From Auanema rhodensis (lineage: Eukaryota; Animalia; Nematoda): DNA of 64,000 nt. A program made the position numbers and the translations under genes. This document shows, piece after piece, positions 8,849 through 23,200 of the stretch. Below the pieces are notes generated by a model, which ran no database searches, had not been told where the DNA came from, and was given only the letters and a program-made list of their open reading frames with translations. The stretch spans positions 22,072,001 through 22,136,000 of the forward strand of contig OZ059900.1 of the NCBI GenBank assembly GCA_964057225.1. The letters are read 5' to 3'. Each line of letters starts with the position of its first letter. Within the stretch, counting starts at the first letter, position 1.

Positions 8849-11800
8849 TTCATTTTAGTATGTAACACGCTGAAATTCGTTGCATTTGACGACTCATATG
8901 AACAAAAATCTATTTAATCAATATTAGACATAAGGGGCGTGCCCTCAGAATATGCTAATTTCCTTAATTTTCTAACCCCTGTTTTTTTGTCGTGAAAGTG
9001 GAACTAGACGTTGTACGAACAATTTTGAGCTAGGTTTCATTGACATTGCATGAGCTTGAACACATGAAATCGTAAGTCAAAACCTTGTTTACAGCGAAAT
9101 TTCCAAAAACTGGTTTTCCAGCATAATAAAATATTTCTCATGGGAAATACTGTGTTTTTGTATTTTTCTAGTGTTCAGCATGTAAAATGATTCATTTTAG
9201 TATGTAACACGCTGAAATTCGTTGCATTTGACGACTCATATGAACAAAAATCGATTTAATCAATATTAGCCATAAGGGGCGTGCCCTCAGAATATGCTAA
9301 TTTCCTTAATTTTCTAACCCCTGTTTTTTTGTCGTGAAAGTGGAACTAGACGTTGTACGAACAATTTTGAGCTAGGTTTCATTGACATTGCATGAGTTTG
9401 AACACATGAAATCGTAAGTCAAAACCTTGTTTACAGCGAAATTTCCAAAAACTGGTTTTCCAGCATAATAAAATATTTCTCATGGGAAATACTGTGTTTT
9501 TGTATTTTTCTAGTGTTCAGCATGTAAAATGCTTCATTTTAGTATGTAACACGCTGAAATTCGTTGCATTTGACGACTTATATGAACAAAAATCGATTTA
9601 ATCAATATTAGCCATAAGGGGCGTGCCCTCAGAATATGCTAATTTCCTTAATTTTCTAACCCCTGTTTTTTTGTCGTGAAAGTGGAACTAGACGTTGTAC
9701 GAACAATTTTGAGCTAGGTTTCATTGACATTGCATGAGTTTGAACACATGAAATCGTAAGTCAAAACCTTGTTTACAGCGAAATTTCCAAAAACTGGTTT
9801 TCCAGCATAATAAAATATTTCTCATGGGAAATACTGTGTTTTTGTATTTTTCTAGTGTTCAGCATGTAAAATGCTTCATTTTAGTATGTAACACGCTGAA
9901 ATTCGTTGCATTTGACGACTCATATGAACAAAAATCGATTTAATCAATATTAGCCATAAGGGGCGTGCCCTCAGAATATGCTAATTTCCTTAATTTTCTA
10001 ACCCCTGTTTTTTTGTCGTGAAAGTGGAACTAGACGTTGTACGAACAATTTTGAGCTAAGTTTCATTGACATTGCATGAGTTTGAACACATGAAATCGTA
10101 AGTCAAAACCTTGTTTACAGCGAAATTTCCAAAAACTGGTTTTCCAGCATAATAAAATATTTCTCATGGGAAATACTGTGTTTTTGTATTTTTCTAGTGT
10201 TCAGCATGTAAAATGCTTCATTTTAGTATGTAACACGCTGAAATTCGTTGCATTTGACGACTCATATGAACAAAAATCGATTTAATCAATATTAGCCATA
10301 AGGGGCGTGCCCTCAGAATATGCTAATTTCCTTAATTTTCTAACCCCTGTTTTTTTGTCGTGAAAGTGGAACTAGACGTTGTACGAACAATTTTGAGCTA
10401 GGTTTCATTGACATTGCATGAGTTTGAACACATGAAATCGTAAGTCAAAACCTTGTTTACAGCGAAATTTCCAAAAACTGGTTTTCCAGCATAATAAAAT
10501 ATTTCTCATGGGAAATACTGTGTTTTTGTATTTTTCTAGTGTTCAGCATGTAAAATGCTTCATTTTAGTATGTAACACGCTGAAATTCGTTGCATTCGAC
10601 GACTCATATGAACAAAAATCGATTTAATCAATATTAGCCATAAGGGGCGTGCCCTCAGAATATGCTAATTTCCTTAATTTTCTAACCCCTGTTTTTTTGT
10701 CGTGAAAGTGGAACTACACGTTGTACGAACAATTTTGAGCTAGGTTTCATTGACATTGCATGAGTTTGAACACATGAAATCGTAAGTCAAAACCTTGTTT
10801 ACAGCGAAATTTCCAAAAACTGGTTTTCCAGCATAATAAAATATTTCTCATGGGAAATACTGTGTTTTCGTATTTTTCTAGTGTTCAGCATGTAAAATGC
10901 TTCATTTTAGTATGTAACACGCTGAAATTCGTTGCATTTGACGAATCATATGAACAAAAATCGATTTAATCAATATTAGCCATAAGGGGCGTGCCCTCAG
11001 AATATGCTAATTTCCTTAATTTTCTAACCCCTGTTTTTTTGTCGTGAAAGTGGAACTAGACGTTGTACGAACAATTTTGAGCTAGGTTTCATTGACATTG
11101 CATGAGTTTGAACACATGAAATCGTAAGTCAAAACCTTGTTTACAGCGAAATTTCCAAAAACTGGTTTTCCAGCATAATAAAATATTTCTCATGGGAAAT
11201 ACTGTGTTTTTGTATTTTACTAGTGTTCAGCATGTAAAATGCTTCATTTTAGTATGTAACACGCTGAAATTCGTTGCATTTGACGACTCATATGAACAAA
11301 AATCGATTTAATCAATATTAGCCATAAGGGGCGTGCCCTCAGAATATGCTAATTTCCTTAAATTTCTAACCTCTGTTTTTTTGTCGTGAAAGTGGAACTA
11401 AACGTTGTACAAACAATTTTGAGCTAGGTTTCATTGACATTGCATGAGTTTGAACACATGAAATCGTAAGTCAAAACCTTGTTTACAGCGAAATTTCCAA
11501 AAACTGGTTTTCCAGCATAATAAAATATTTCTCATGGGAAATACTGTGTTTTTGTATTTTTCTAGTGTTCAGCATGTAAAATGATTCATTTTAGTATGTA
11601 ACACGCTGAAATTCGTTGCATTTGACGACTCATATGAACAAAAATCGATTTAATCAATATTAGCCATAAGGGGCGTGCCCTCAGAATATGCTAATTTCCT
11701 TAATTTTCTAACCCCTGTTTTTTTGTCGTGAAAGTGGAACTAGACGTTGTACGAACAATTTTGAGCTAGGTTTCATTGACATTGCATGAGTTTGAACACA

Positions 11801-11926
11801 TGAAATCGTAAGTCAAAACCTTGTTTACAGCGAAATTTCCAAAAACTGGTTTTCCAGCATAATAAAATATTTCTCATGGGAAATACTGTGTTTTTGTATT
11901 TTTCTAGTGTTCAGCATGTAAAATGC

Positions 11927-12075
11927 TTCATTTTAGTATGTAACACGCTGAAATTCGTTGCATTTGACAACTCATATGAACAAAAATCGATTTAATCAAT
12001 ATTAGCCATAATAAAATATTTCTCATGGGAAATACTGTGTTTTTGTATTTTTCTAGTGTTCAGCATGTAAAATGA
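11927..12075 (+). repeat. Truncated 149-bp monomer, copy 3
   Basis: Same junction at 12007-12011 and the same linked variants. Confidence 0.97.
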
Positions 12076-13443
12076 TTCATTTTAGTATGTAACACGCTGA
12101 AATTCGTTGCATTTGACGACTCATATGAACAAAAATCTATTTAATCAATATTAGACATAAGGGGCGTGCCCTCAGAATATGCTAATTTCCTTAATTTTCT
12201 AACCCCTGTTTTTTTGTCGTGAAAGTGGAACTAGACGTTGTACGAACAATTTTGAGCTAGGTTTCATTGACATTGCATGAGCTTGAACACATGAAATCGT
12301 AAGTCAAAACCTTGTTTACAGCGAAATTTCCAAAAACTGGTTTTCCAGCATAATAAAATATTTCTCATGGGAAATACTGTGTTTTTGTATTTTTCTAGTG
12401 TTCAGCATGTAAAATGATTCATTTTAGTATGTAACACGCTGAAATTCGTTGCATTTGACGACTCATATGAACAAAAATCGATTTAATCAATATTAGCCAT
12501 AAGGGGCGTGCCCTCAGAATATGCTAATTTCCTTAATTTTCTAACCCCTGTTTTTTTGTCGTGAAAGTGGAACTAGACGTTGTACGAACAATTTTGAGCT
12601 AGGTTTCATTGACATTGCATGAGTTTGAACACATGAAATCGTAAGTCAAAACCTTGTTTACAGCGAAATTTCCAAAAACTGGTTTTCCAGCATAATAAAA
12701 TATTTCTCATGGGAAATACTGTGTTTTTGTATTTTTCTAGTGTTCAGCATGTAAAATGCTTCATTTTAGTATGTAACACGCTGAAATTCGTTGCATTTGA
12801 CGACTTATATGAACAAAAATCGATTTAATCAATATTAGCCATAAGGGGCGTGCCCTCAGAATATGCTAATTTCCTTAATTTTCTAACCCCTGTTTTTTTG
12901 TCGTGAAAGTGGAACTAGACGTTGTACGAACAATTTTGAGCTAGGTTTCATTGACATTGCATGAGTTTGAACACATGAAATCGTAAGTCAAAACCTTGTT
13001 TACAGCGAAATTTCCAAAAACTGGTTTTCCAGCATAATAAAATATTTCTCATGGGAAATACTGTGTTTTTGTATTTTTCTAGTGTTCAGCATGTAAAATG
13101 CTTCATTTTAGTATGTAACACGCTGAAATTCGTTGCATTTGACGACTCATATGAACAAAAATCGATTTAATCAATATTAGCCATAAGGGGCGTGCCCTCA
13201 GAATATGCTAATTTCCTTAATTTTCTAACCCCTGTTTTTTTGTCGTGAAAGTGGAACTAGACGTTGTACGAACAATTTTGAGCTAAGTTTCATTGACATT
13301 GCATGAGTTTGAACACATGAAATCGTAAGTCAAAACCTTGTTTACAGCGAAATTTCCAAAAACTGGTTTTCCAGCATAATAAAATATTTCTCATGGGAAA
13401 TACTGTGTTTTTGTATTTTTCTAGTGTTCAGCATGTAAAATGC

Positions 13444-15495
13444 TTCATTTTAGTATGTAACACGCTGAAATTCGTTGCATTTGACGACTCATATGAACAA
13501 AAATCGATTTAATCAATATTAGCCATAAGGGGCGTGCCCTCAGAATATGCTAATTTCCTTAATTTTCTAACCTCTGTTTTTTTGTCGTGAAAGTGGAACT
13601 AAACGTTGTACGAACAATTTTGAGCTAGGTTTCATTGACATTGCATGAGTTTGAACACATGAAATCGTAAGTCAAAACCTTGTTTACAGCGAAATTTCCA
13701 AAAACTGGTTTTCCAGCATAATAAAATATTTCTCATGGGAAATACTGTGTTTTTGTATTTTTCTAGTGTTCAGCATGTAAAATGCTTCATATTAGTATGT
13801 AACACGCTGAAATTCGTTGCATTTGACGACTCATATGAACAAAAATCGATTTAATCAATATTAGCCATAAGGGGCGTGCCCTCAGAATATGCTAATTTCC
13901 TTAATTTTCTAACCCCTGTTTTTTTGTCGTGAAAGTGGAACTAGACGTTGTACGAACAATTTTGAGCTAAGTTTCATTGACATTGCATGAGTTTGAACAC
14001 ATGAAATCGTAAGTCAAAACCTTGTTTACAGCGAAATTTCCAAAAACTGGTTTTCCAGCATAATAAAATATTTCTCATGGGAAATACTGTGTTTTTGTTT
14101 TTTTCTAGTGTTCAGCATGTAAAATGCTTCATTTTAGTGTGTAACACGCTGAAATTCGTTGCATTTGACGAATCATATGAACAAAAATCGATTTAATCAA
14201 TATTAGCCATAAGGGGCGTGCCCTCAGAATATGCTAATTTCCTTAATTTTCTAACCCCTGTTTTTTTGTCGTGAAAGTGGAACTAGACGTTGTACGAACA
14301 ATTTTGAGCTAGGTTTCATTGACATTGCATGAGTTTGAACACATGAAATCGTAAGTCAAAACCTTGTTTACAGCGAAATTTCCAAAAACTGGTTTTCCAG
14401 CATAATAAAATATTTCTCATGGGAAATACTGTGTTTTTGTATTTTACTAGTGTTCAGCATGTAAAATGCTTCATTTTAGTATGTAACACGCTGAAATTCG
14501 TTGCATTTGACGACTCATATGAACAAAAATCGATTTAATCAATATTAGCCATAAGGGGCGTGCCCTCAGAATATGCTAATTTCCTTAATTTTCTAACCTC
14601 TGTTTTTTTGTCGTGAAAGTGGAACTAAACGTTGTACGAACAATTTTGAGCTAGGTTTCATTGACATTGCATGAGTTTGAACACATGAAATCGTAAGTCA
14701 AAACCTTGTTTACAGCGAAATTTCCAAAAACTGGTTTTCCAGCATAATAAAATATTTCTCATGGGAAATACTGTGTTTTTGTATTTTTCTAGTGTTCAGC
14801 ATGTAAAATGCTTCATATTAGTATGTAACACGCTGAAATTCGTTGCATTTGACGACTCATATGAACAAAAATCGATTTAATCAATATTAGCCATAAGGGG
14901 CGTGCCCTCAGAATATGCTAATTTCCTTAATTTTCTAACCCCTGTTTTTTTGTCGTGAAAGTGGAACTAGACGTTGTACGAACAATTTTGAGCTAAGTTT
15001 CATTGACATTGCATGAGTTTGAACACATGAAATCGTAAGTCAAAACCTTGTTTACAGCGAAATTTCCAAAAACTGGTTTTCCAGCATAATAAAATATTTC
15101 TCATGGGAAATACTGTGTTTTTGTTTTTTTCTAGTGTTCAGCATGTAAAATGCTTCATTTTAGTATGTAACACGCTGAAATTCGTTGCATTTGACGAATC
15201 ATATGAACAAAAATCGATTTAATCAATATTAGCCATAAGGGGCGTGCCCTCAGAATATGCTAATTTCCTTAATTTTCTAACCCCTGTTTTTTTGTCGTGA
15301 AAGTGGAACTAGACGTTGTACGAACAATTTTGAGCTAGGTTTCATTGACATTGCATGAGTTTGAACACATGAAATCGTAAGTCAAAACCTTGTTTACAGC
15401 GAAATTTCCAAAAACTGGTTTTCCAGCATAATAAAATATTTCTCATGGGAAATACTGTGTTTTTGTATTTTACTAGTGTTCAGCATGTAAAATGC
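13444..15495 (+). repeat. Two tandem copies of a 3-monomer (1026-bp) higher-order repeat
   Basis: Order [C130T+G159A]-[T6A+G185A+A314T]-[C45A+T319A] occurs twice. The same trimer is at 1027, 3079 and 7674. Confidence 0.88.
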
Positions 15496-18231
15496 TTCAT
15501 TTTAGTATGTAACACGCTGAAATTCGTTGCATTTGACGACTCATATGAACAAAAATCGATTTAATCAATATTAGCCATAAGGGGCGTGCCCTCAGAATAT
15601 GCTAATTTCCTTAATTTTCTAACCCCTGTTTTTTTGTCGTGAAAGTGGAACTAGACGTTGTACGAACAATTTTGAGCTAGGTTTCATTGACATTGCATGA
15701 GTTTGAACACATGAAATCGTAAGTCAAAACCTTGTTTACAGCGAAATTTCCAAAAACTGGTTTTCCAGCATAATAAAATATTTCTCATGGGAAATACTGT
15801 GTTTTTGTATTTTTCTAGTGTTCAGCATGTAAAATGCTTCATTTTAGTATGTAACACGCTGAAATTCGTTGCATTTGACGACTCATATGAACAAAAATCG
15901 ATTTAATCAATATTAGCCATAAGGGGCGTGCCCTCAGAATATGCTAATTTCCTTAATTTTCTAACCCCTGTTTTTTTGTCGTGAAAGTGGAACTAGACGT
16001 TGTACGAACAATTTTGAGCTAGGTTTCATTGACATTGCATGAGTTTGAACACATGAAATCGTAAGTCAAAACCTTGTTTACAGCGAAATTTCCAAAAACT
16101 GGTTTTCCAGCATAATAAAATATTTCTCATGGGAAATACTGTGTTTTTGTATTTTTCTAGTGTTCAGCATGTAAAATGCTTCATTTTAGTATGTAACACG
16201 CTGAAATTCGTTGCATTCGACGACTCATATGAACAAAAATCGATTTAATCAATATTAGCCATAAGGGGCGTGCCCTCAGAATATGCTAATTTCCTTAATT
16301 TTCTAACCCCTGTTTTTTTGTCGTGAAAGTGGAACTACACGTTGTACGAACAATTTTGAGCTAGGTTTCATTGACATTGCATGAGTTTGAACACATGAAA
16401 TCGTAAGTCAAAACCTTGTTTACAGCGAAATTTCCAAAAACTGGTTTTCCAGCATAATAAAATATTTCTCATGGGAAATACTGTGTTTTCGTATTTTTCT
16501 AGTGTTCAGCATGTAAAATGCTTCATTTTAGTATGTAACACGCTGAAATTCGTTGCATTTGACGAATCATATGAACAAAAATCGATTTAATCAATATTAG
16601 CCATAAGGGGCGTGCCCTCAGAATATGCTAATTTCCTTAATTTTCTAACCCCTGTTTTTTTGTCGTGAAAGTGGAACTAGACGTTGTACGAACAATTTTG
16701 AGCTAGGTTTCATTGACATTGCATGAGTTTGAACACATGAAATCGTAAGTCAAAACCTTGTTTACAGCGAAATTTCCAAAAACTGGTTTTCCAGCATAAT
16801 AAAATATTTCTCATGGGAAATACTGTGTTTTTGTATTTTACTAGTGTTCAGCATGTAAAATGCTTCATTTTAGTATGTAACACGCTGAAATTCGTTGCAT
16901 TTGACGACTCATATGAACAAAAATCGATTTAATCAATATTAGCCATAAGGGGCGTGCCCTCAGAATATGCTAATTTCCTTAATTTTCTAACCCCTGTTTT
17001 TTTGTCGTGAAAGTGGAACTAGACGTTGTACGAACAATTTTGAGCTAGGTTTCATTGACATTGCATGAGTTTGAACACATGAAATCGTAAGTCAAAACCT
17101 TGTTTACAGCGAAATTTCCAAAAACTGGTTTTCCAGCATAATAAAATATTTCTCATGGGAAATACTGTGTTTTTGTATTTTTCTAGTGTTCAGCATGTAA
17201 AATGCTTCATTTTAGTATGTAACACGCTGAAATTCGTTGCATTTGACGACTCATATGAACAAAAATCGATTTAATCAATATTAGCCATAAGGGGCGTGCC
17301 CTCAGAATATGCTAATTTCCTTAATTTTCTAACCTCTGTTTTTTTGTCGTGAAAGTGGAACTAAACGTTGTACGAACAATTTTGAGCTAGGTTTCATTGA
17401 CATTGCATGAGTTTGAACACATGAAATCGTAAGTCAAAACCTTGTTTACAGCGAAATTTCCAAAAACTGGTTTTCCAGCATAATAAAATATTTCTCATGG
17501 GAAATACTGTGTTTTTGTATTTTTCTAGTGTTCAGCATGTAAAATGCTTCATATTAGTATGTAACACGCTGAAATTCGTTGCATTTGACGACTCATATGA
17601 ACAAAAATCGATTTAATCAATATTAGCCATAAGGGGCGTGCCCTCAGAATATGCTAATTTCCTTAATTTTCTAACCTCTGTTTTTTTGTCGTGAAAGTGG
17701 AACTAAACGTTGTACGAACAATTTTGAGCTAGGTTTCATTGACATTGCATGAGTTTGAACACATGAAATCGTAAGTCAAAACCTTGTTTACAGCGAAATT
17801 TCCAAAAACTGGTTTTCCAGCATAATAAAATATTTCTCATGGGAAATACTGTGTTTTTGTTTTTTTCTAGTGTTCAGCATGTAAAATGCTTTATTTTAGT
17901 ATGTAACACGCTGAAATTCGTTGCATTTGACGAATCATATGAACAAAAATCGATTTAATCAATATTAGCCATAAGGGGCGTGCCCTCAGAATATGCTAAT
18001 TTCCTTAATTTTCTAACCCCTGTTTTTTTGTCGTGAAAGTGGAACTAGACGTTGTACGAACAATTTTGAGCTAGGTTTCATTGACATTGCATGAGTTTGA
18101 ACACATGAAATCGTAAGTCAAAACCTTGTTTACAGCGAAATTTCCAAAAACTGGTTTTCCAGCATAATAAAATATTTCTCATGGGAAATACTGTGTTTTT
18201 GTATTTTACTAGTGTTCAGCATGTAAAATGC

Positions 18232-20283
18232 TTCATTTTAGTATGTAACACGCTGAAATTCGTTGCATTTGACGACTCATATGAACAAAAATCGATTTAA
18301 TCAATATTAGCCATAAGGGGCGTGCCCTCAGAATATGCTAATTTCCTTAATTTTCTAACCTCTGTTTTTTTGTCGTGAAAGTGGAACTAAACGTTGTACG
18401 AACAATTTTGAGCTAGGTTTCATTGACATTGCATGAGTTTGAACACATGAAATCGTAAGTCAAAACCTTGTTTACAGCGAAATTTCCAAAAACTGGTTTT
18501 CCAGCATAATAAAATATTTCTCATGGGAAATACTGTGTTTTTGTATTTTTCTAGTGTTCAGCATGTAAAATGCTTCATATTAGTATGTAACACGCTGAAA
18601 TTCGTTGCATTTGACGACTCATATGAACAAAAATCGATTTAATCAATATTAGCCATAAGGGGCGTGCCCTCAGAATATGCTAATTTCCTTAATTTTCTAA
18701 CCCCTGTTTTTTTGTCGTGAAAGTGGAACTAGACGTTGTACGAACAATTTTGAGCTAAGTTTCATTGACATTGCATGAGTTTGAACACATGAAATCGTAA
18801 GTCAAAACCTTGTTTACAGCGAAATTTCCAAAAACTGGTTTTCCAGCATAATAAAATATTTCTCATGGGAAATACTGTGTTTTTGTTTTTTTCTAGTGTT
18901 CAGCATGTAAAATGCTTCATTTTAGTATGTAACACGCTGAAATTCGTTGCATTTGACGAATCATATGAACAAAAATCGATTTAATCAATATTAGCCATAA
19001 GGGGCGTGCCCTCAGAATATGCTAATTTCCTTAATTTTCTAACCCCTGTTTTTTTGTCGTGAAAGTGGAACTAGACGTTGTACGAACAATTTTGAGCTAG
19101 GTTTCATTGACATTGCATGAGTTTGAACACATGAAATCGTAAGTCAAAACCTTGTTTACAGCGAAATTTCCAAAAACTGGTTTTCCAGCATAATAAAATA
19201 TTTCTCATGGGAAATACTGTGTTTTTGTATTTTACTAGTGTTCAGCATGTAAAATGCTTCATTTTAGTATGTAACACGCTGAAATTCGTTGCATTTGACG
19301 ACTCATATGAACAAAAATCGATTTAATCAATATTAGCCATAAGGGGCGTGCCCTCAGAATATGCTAATTTCCTTAATTTTCTAACCTCTGTTTTTTTGTC
19401 GTGAAAGTGGAACTAAACGTTGTACGAACAATTTTGAGCTAGGTTTCATTGACATTGCATGAGTTTGAACACATGAAATCGTAAGTCAAAACCTTGTTTA
19501 CAGCGAAATTTCCAAAAACTGGTTTTCCAGCATAATAAAATATTTCTCATGGGAAATACTGTGTTTTTGTATTTTTCTAGTGTTCAGCATGTAAAATGCT
19601 TCATATTAGTATGTAACACGCTGAAATTCGTTGCATTTGACGACTCATATGAACAAAAATCGATTTAATCAATATTAGCCATAAGGGGCGTGCCCTCAGA
19701 ATATGCTAATTTCCTTAATTTTCTAACCCCTGTTTTTTTGTCGTGAAAGTGGAACTAGACGTTGTACGAACAATTTTGAGCTAAGTTTCATTGACATTGC
19801 ATGAGTTTGAACACATGAAATCGTAAGTCAAAACCTTGTTTACAGCGAAATTTCCAAAAACTGGTTTTCCAGCATAATAAAATATTTCTCATGGGAAATA
19901 CTGTGTTTTTGTTTTTTTCTAGTGTTCAGCATGTAAAATGCTTCATTTTAGTATGTAACACGCTGAAATTCGTTGCATTTGACGAATCATATGAACAAAA
20001 ATCGATTTAATCAATATTAGCCATAAGGGGCGTGCCCTCAGAATATGCTAATTTCCTTAATTTTCTAACCCCTGTTTTTTTGTCGTGAAAGTGGAACTAG
20101 ACGTTGTACGAACAATTTTGAGCTAGGTTTCATTGACATTGCATGAGTTTGAACACATGAAATCGTAAGTCAAAACCTTGTTTACAGCGAAATTTCCAAA
20201 AACTGGTTTTCCAGCATAATAAAATATTTCTCATGGGAAATACTGTGTTTTTGTATTTTACTAGTGTTCAGCATGTAAAATGC
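18232..20283 (+). repeat. Two further tandem copies of the same 3-monomer HOR
   Basis: Same ordered variant triplet starting at 18232 and 19258. Confidence 0.88.
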
Positions 20284-23200
20284 TTCATTTTAGTATGTAA
20301 CACGCTGAAATTCGTTGCATTTGACGACTCATATGAACAAAAATCGATTTAATCAATATTAGCCATAAGGGGCGTGCCCTCAGAATATGCTAATTTCCTT
20401 AATTTTCTAACCCCTGTTTTTTTGTCGTGAAAGTGGAACTAGACGTTGTACGAACAATTTTGAGCTAGGTTTCATTGACATTGCATGAGTTTGAACACAT
20501 GAAATCGTAAGTCAAAACCTTGTTTACAGCGAAATTTCCAAAAACTGGTTTTCCAGCATAATAAAATATTTCTCATGGGAAATACTGTGTTTTTGTATTT
20601 TTCTAGTGTTCAGCATGTAAAATGCTTCATTTTAGTATGTAACACGCTGAAATTCGTTGCATTTGACGACTCATATGAACAAAAATCGATTTAATCAATA
20701 TTAGCCATAAGGGGCGTGCCCTCAGAATATGCTAATTTCCTTAATTTTCTAACCCCTGTTTTTTTGTCGTGAAAGTGGAACTAGACGTTGTACGAACAAT
20801 TTTGAGCTAGGTTTCATTGACATTGCATGAGTTTGAACACATGAAATCGTAAGTCAAAACCTTGTTTACAGCGAAATTTCCAAAAACTGGTTTTCCAGCA
20901 TAATAAAATATTTCTCATGGGAAATACTGTGTTTTTGTATTTTACTAGTGTTCAGCATGTAAAATGCTTCATTTTAGTATGTAACACGCTGAAATTCGTT
21001 GCATTTGACGACTCATATGAACAAAAATCGATTTAATCAATATTAGCCATAAGGGGCGTGCCCTCAGAATATGCTAATTTCCTTAATTTTCTAACCCCTG
21101 TTTTTTTGTCGTGAAAGTGGAACTAGACGTTGTACGAACAATTTTGAGCTAGGTTTCATTGACATTGCATGAGTTTGAACACATGAAATCGTAAGTCAAA
21201 ACCTTGTTTACAGCGAAATTTCCAAAAACTGGTTTTCCAGCATAATAAAATATTTCTCATGGGAAATACTGTGTTTTTGTATTTTTCTAGTGTTCAGCAT
21301 GTAAAATGCTTCATTTTAGTATGTAACACGCTGAAATTCGTTGCATTTGACGACTCATATGAACAAAAATCGATTTAATCAATATTAGCCATAAGGGGCG
21401 TGCCCTCAGAATATGCTAATTTCCTTAATTTTCTAACCTCTGTTTTTTTGTCGTGAAAGTGGAACTAAACGTTGTACGAACAATTTTGAGCTAGGTTTCA
21501 TTGACATTGCATGAGTTTGAACACATGAAATCGTAAGTCAAAACCTTGTTTACAGCGAAATTTCCAAAAACTGGTTTTCCAGCATAATAAAATATTTCTC
21601 ATGGGAAATACTGTGTTTTTGTATTTTTCTAGTGTTCAGCATGTAAAATGCTTCATATTAGTATGTAACACGCTGAAATTCGTTGCATTTGACGACTCAT
21701 ATGAACAAAAATCGATTTAATCAATATTAGCCATAAGGGGCGTGCCCTCAGAATATGCTAATTTCCTTAATTTTCTAACCCCTGTTTTTTTGTCGTGAAA
21801 GTGGAACTAGACGTTGTACGAACAATTTTGAGCTAGGTTTCATTGACATTGCATGAGTTTGAACACATGAAATCGTAAGTCAAAACCTTGTTTACAGCGA
21901 AATTTCCAAAAACTGGTTTTCCAGCATAATAAAATATTTCTCATGGGAAATACTGTGTTTTTGTATTTTACTAGTGTTCAGCATGTAAAATGCTTCATTT
22001 TAGTATGTAACACGCTGAAATTCGTTGCATTTGACGAATCATATGAACAAAAATCGATTTAATCAATATTAGCCATAAGGGGCGTGCCCTCAGAATATGC
22101 TAATTTCCTTAATTTTCTAACCCCTGTTTTTTTGTCGTGAAAGTGGAACTAGACGTTGTACGAACAATTTTGAGCTAGGTTTCATTGACATTGCATGAGT
22201 TTGAACACATGAAATCGTAAGTCAAAACCTTGTTTACAGCGAAATTTCCAAAAACTGGTTTTCCAGCATAATAAAATATTTCTCATGGGAAATACTGTGT
22301 TTTTGTATTTTACTAGTGTTCAGCATGTAAAATGCTTCATTTTAGTATGTAACACGCTGAAATTCGTTGCATTTGACGACTCATATGAACAAAAATCGAT
22401 TTAATCAATATTAGCCATAAGGGGCGTGCCCTCAGAATATGCTAATTTCCTTAATTTTCTAACCCCTGTTTTTTTGTCGTGAAAGTGGAACTAGACGTTG
22501 TACGAACAATTTTGAGCTAGGTTTCATTGACATTGCATGAGTTTGAACACATGAAATCGTAAGTCAAAACCTTGTTTACAGCGAAATTTCCAAAAACTGG
22601 TTTTCCAGCATAATAAAATATTTCTCATGGGAAATACTGTGTTTTTGTATTTTACTAGTGTTCAGCATGTAAAATGCTTCATTTTAGTATGTAACACGCT
22701 GAAATTCGTTGCATTTGACGACTCATATGAACAAAAATCGATTTAATCAATATTAGCCATAAGGGGCGTGCCCTCAGAATATGCTAATTTCCTTAATTTT
22801 CTAACCCCTGTTTTTTTGTCGTGAAAGTGGAACTAGACGTTGTACGAACAATTTTGAGCTAGGTTTCATTGACATTGCATGAGTTTGAACACATGAAATC
22901 GTAAGTCAAAACCTTGTTTACAGCGAAATTTCCAAAAACTGGTTTTCCAGCATAATAAAATATTTCTCATGGGAAATACTGTGTTTTTGTATTTTACTAG
23001 TGTTCAGCATGTAAAATGCTTCATTTTAGTATGTAACACGCTGAAATTCGTTGCATTTGACGACTCATATGAACAAAAATCGATTTAATCAATATTAGCC
23101 ATAAGGGGCGTGCCCTCAGAATATGCTAATTTCCTTAATTTTCTAACCCCTGTTTTTTTGTCGTGAAAGTGGAACTAGACGTTGTACGAACAATTTTGAG

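Larger units (their letters stand above)
4447..14469 (+). repeat. Nested block duplication, pattern A-B-C-B-A-B-C
   Basis: 4447-8699 recurs at 10217-14469 (offset 5770 = 16x342 + 2x149). Block B, 6157-7673, also recurs at 8700-10216 (offset 2543). Traced with private variants G63T, C80A, T207C, C47T, A12G and T120A. Confidence 0.88.
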
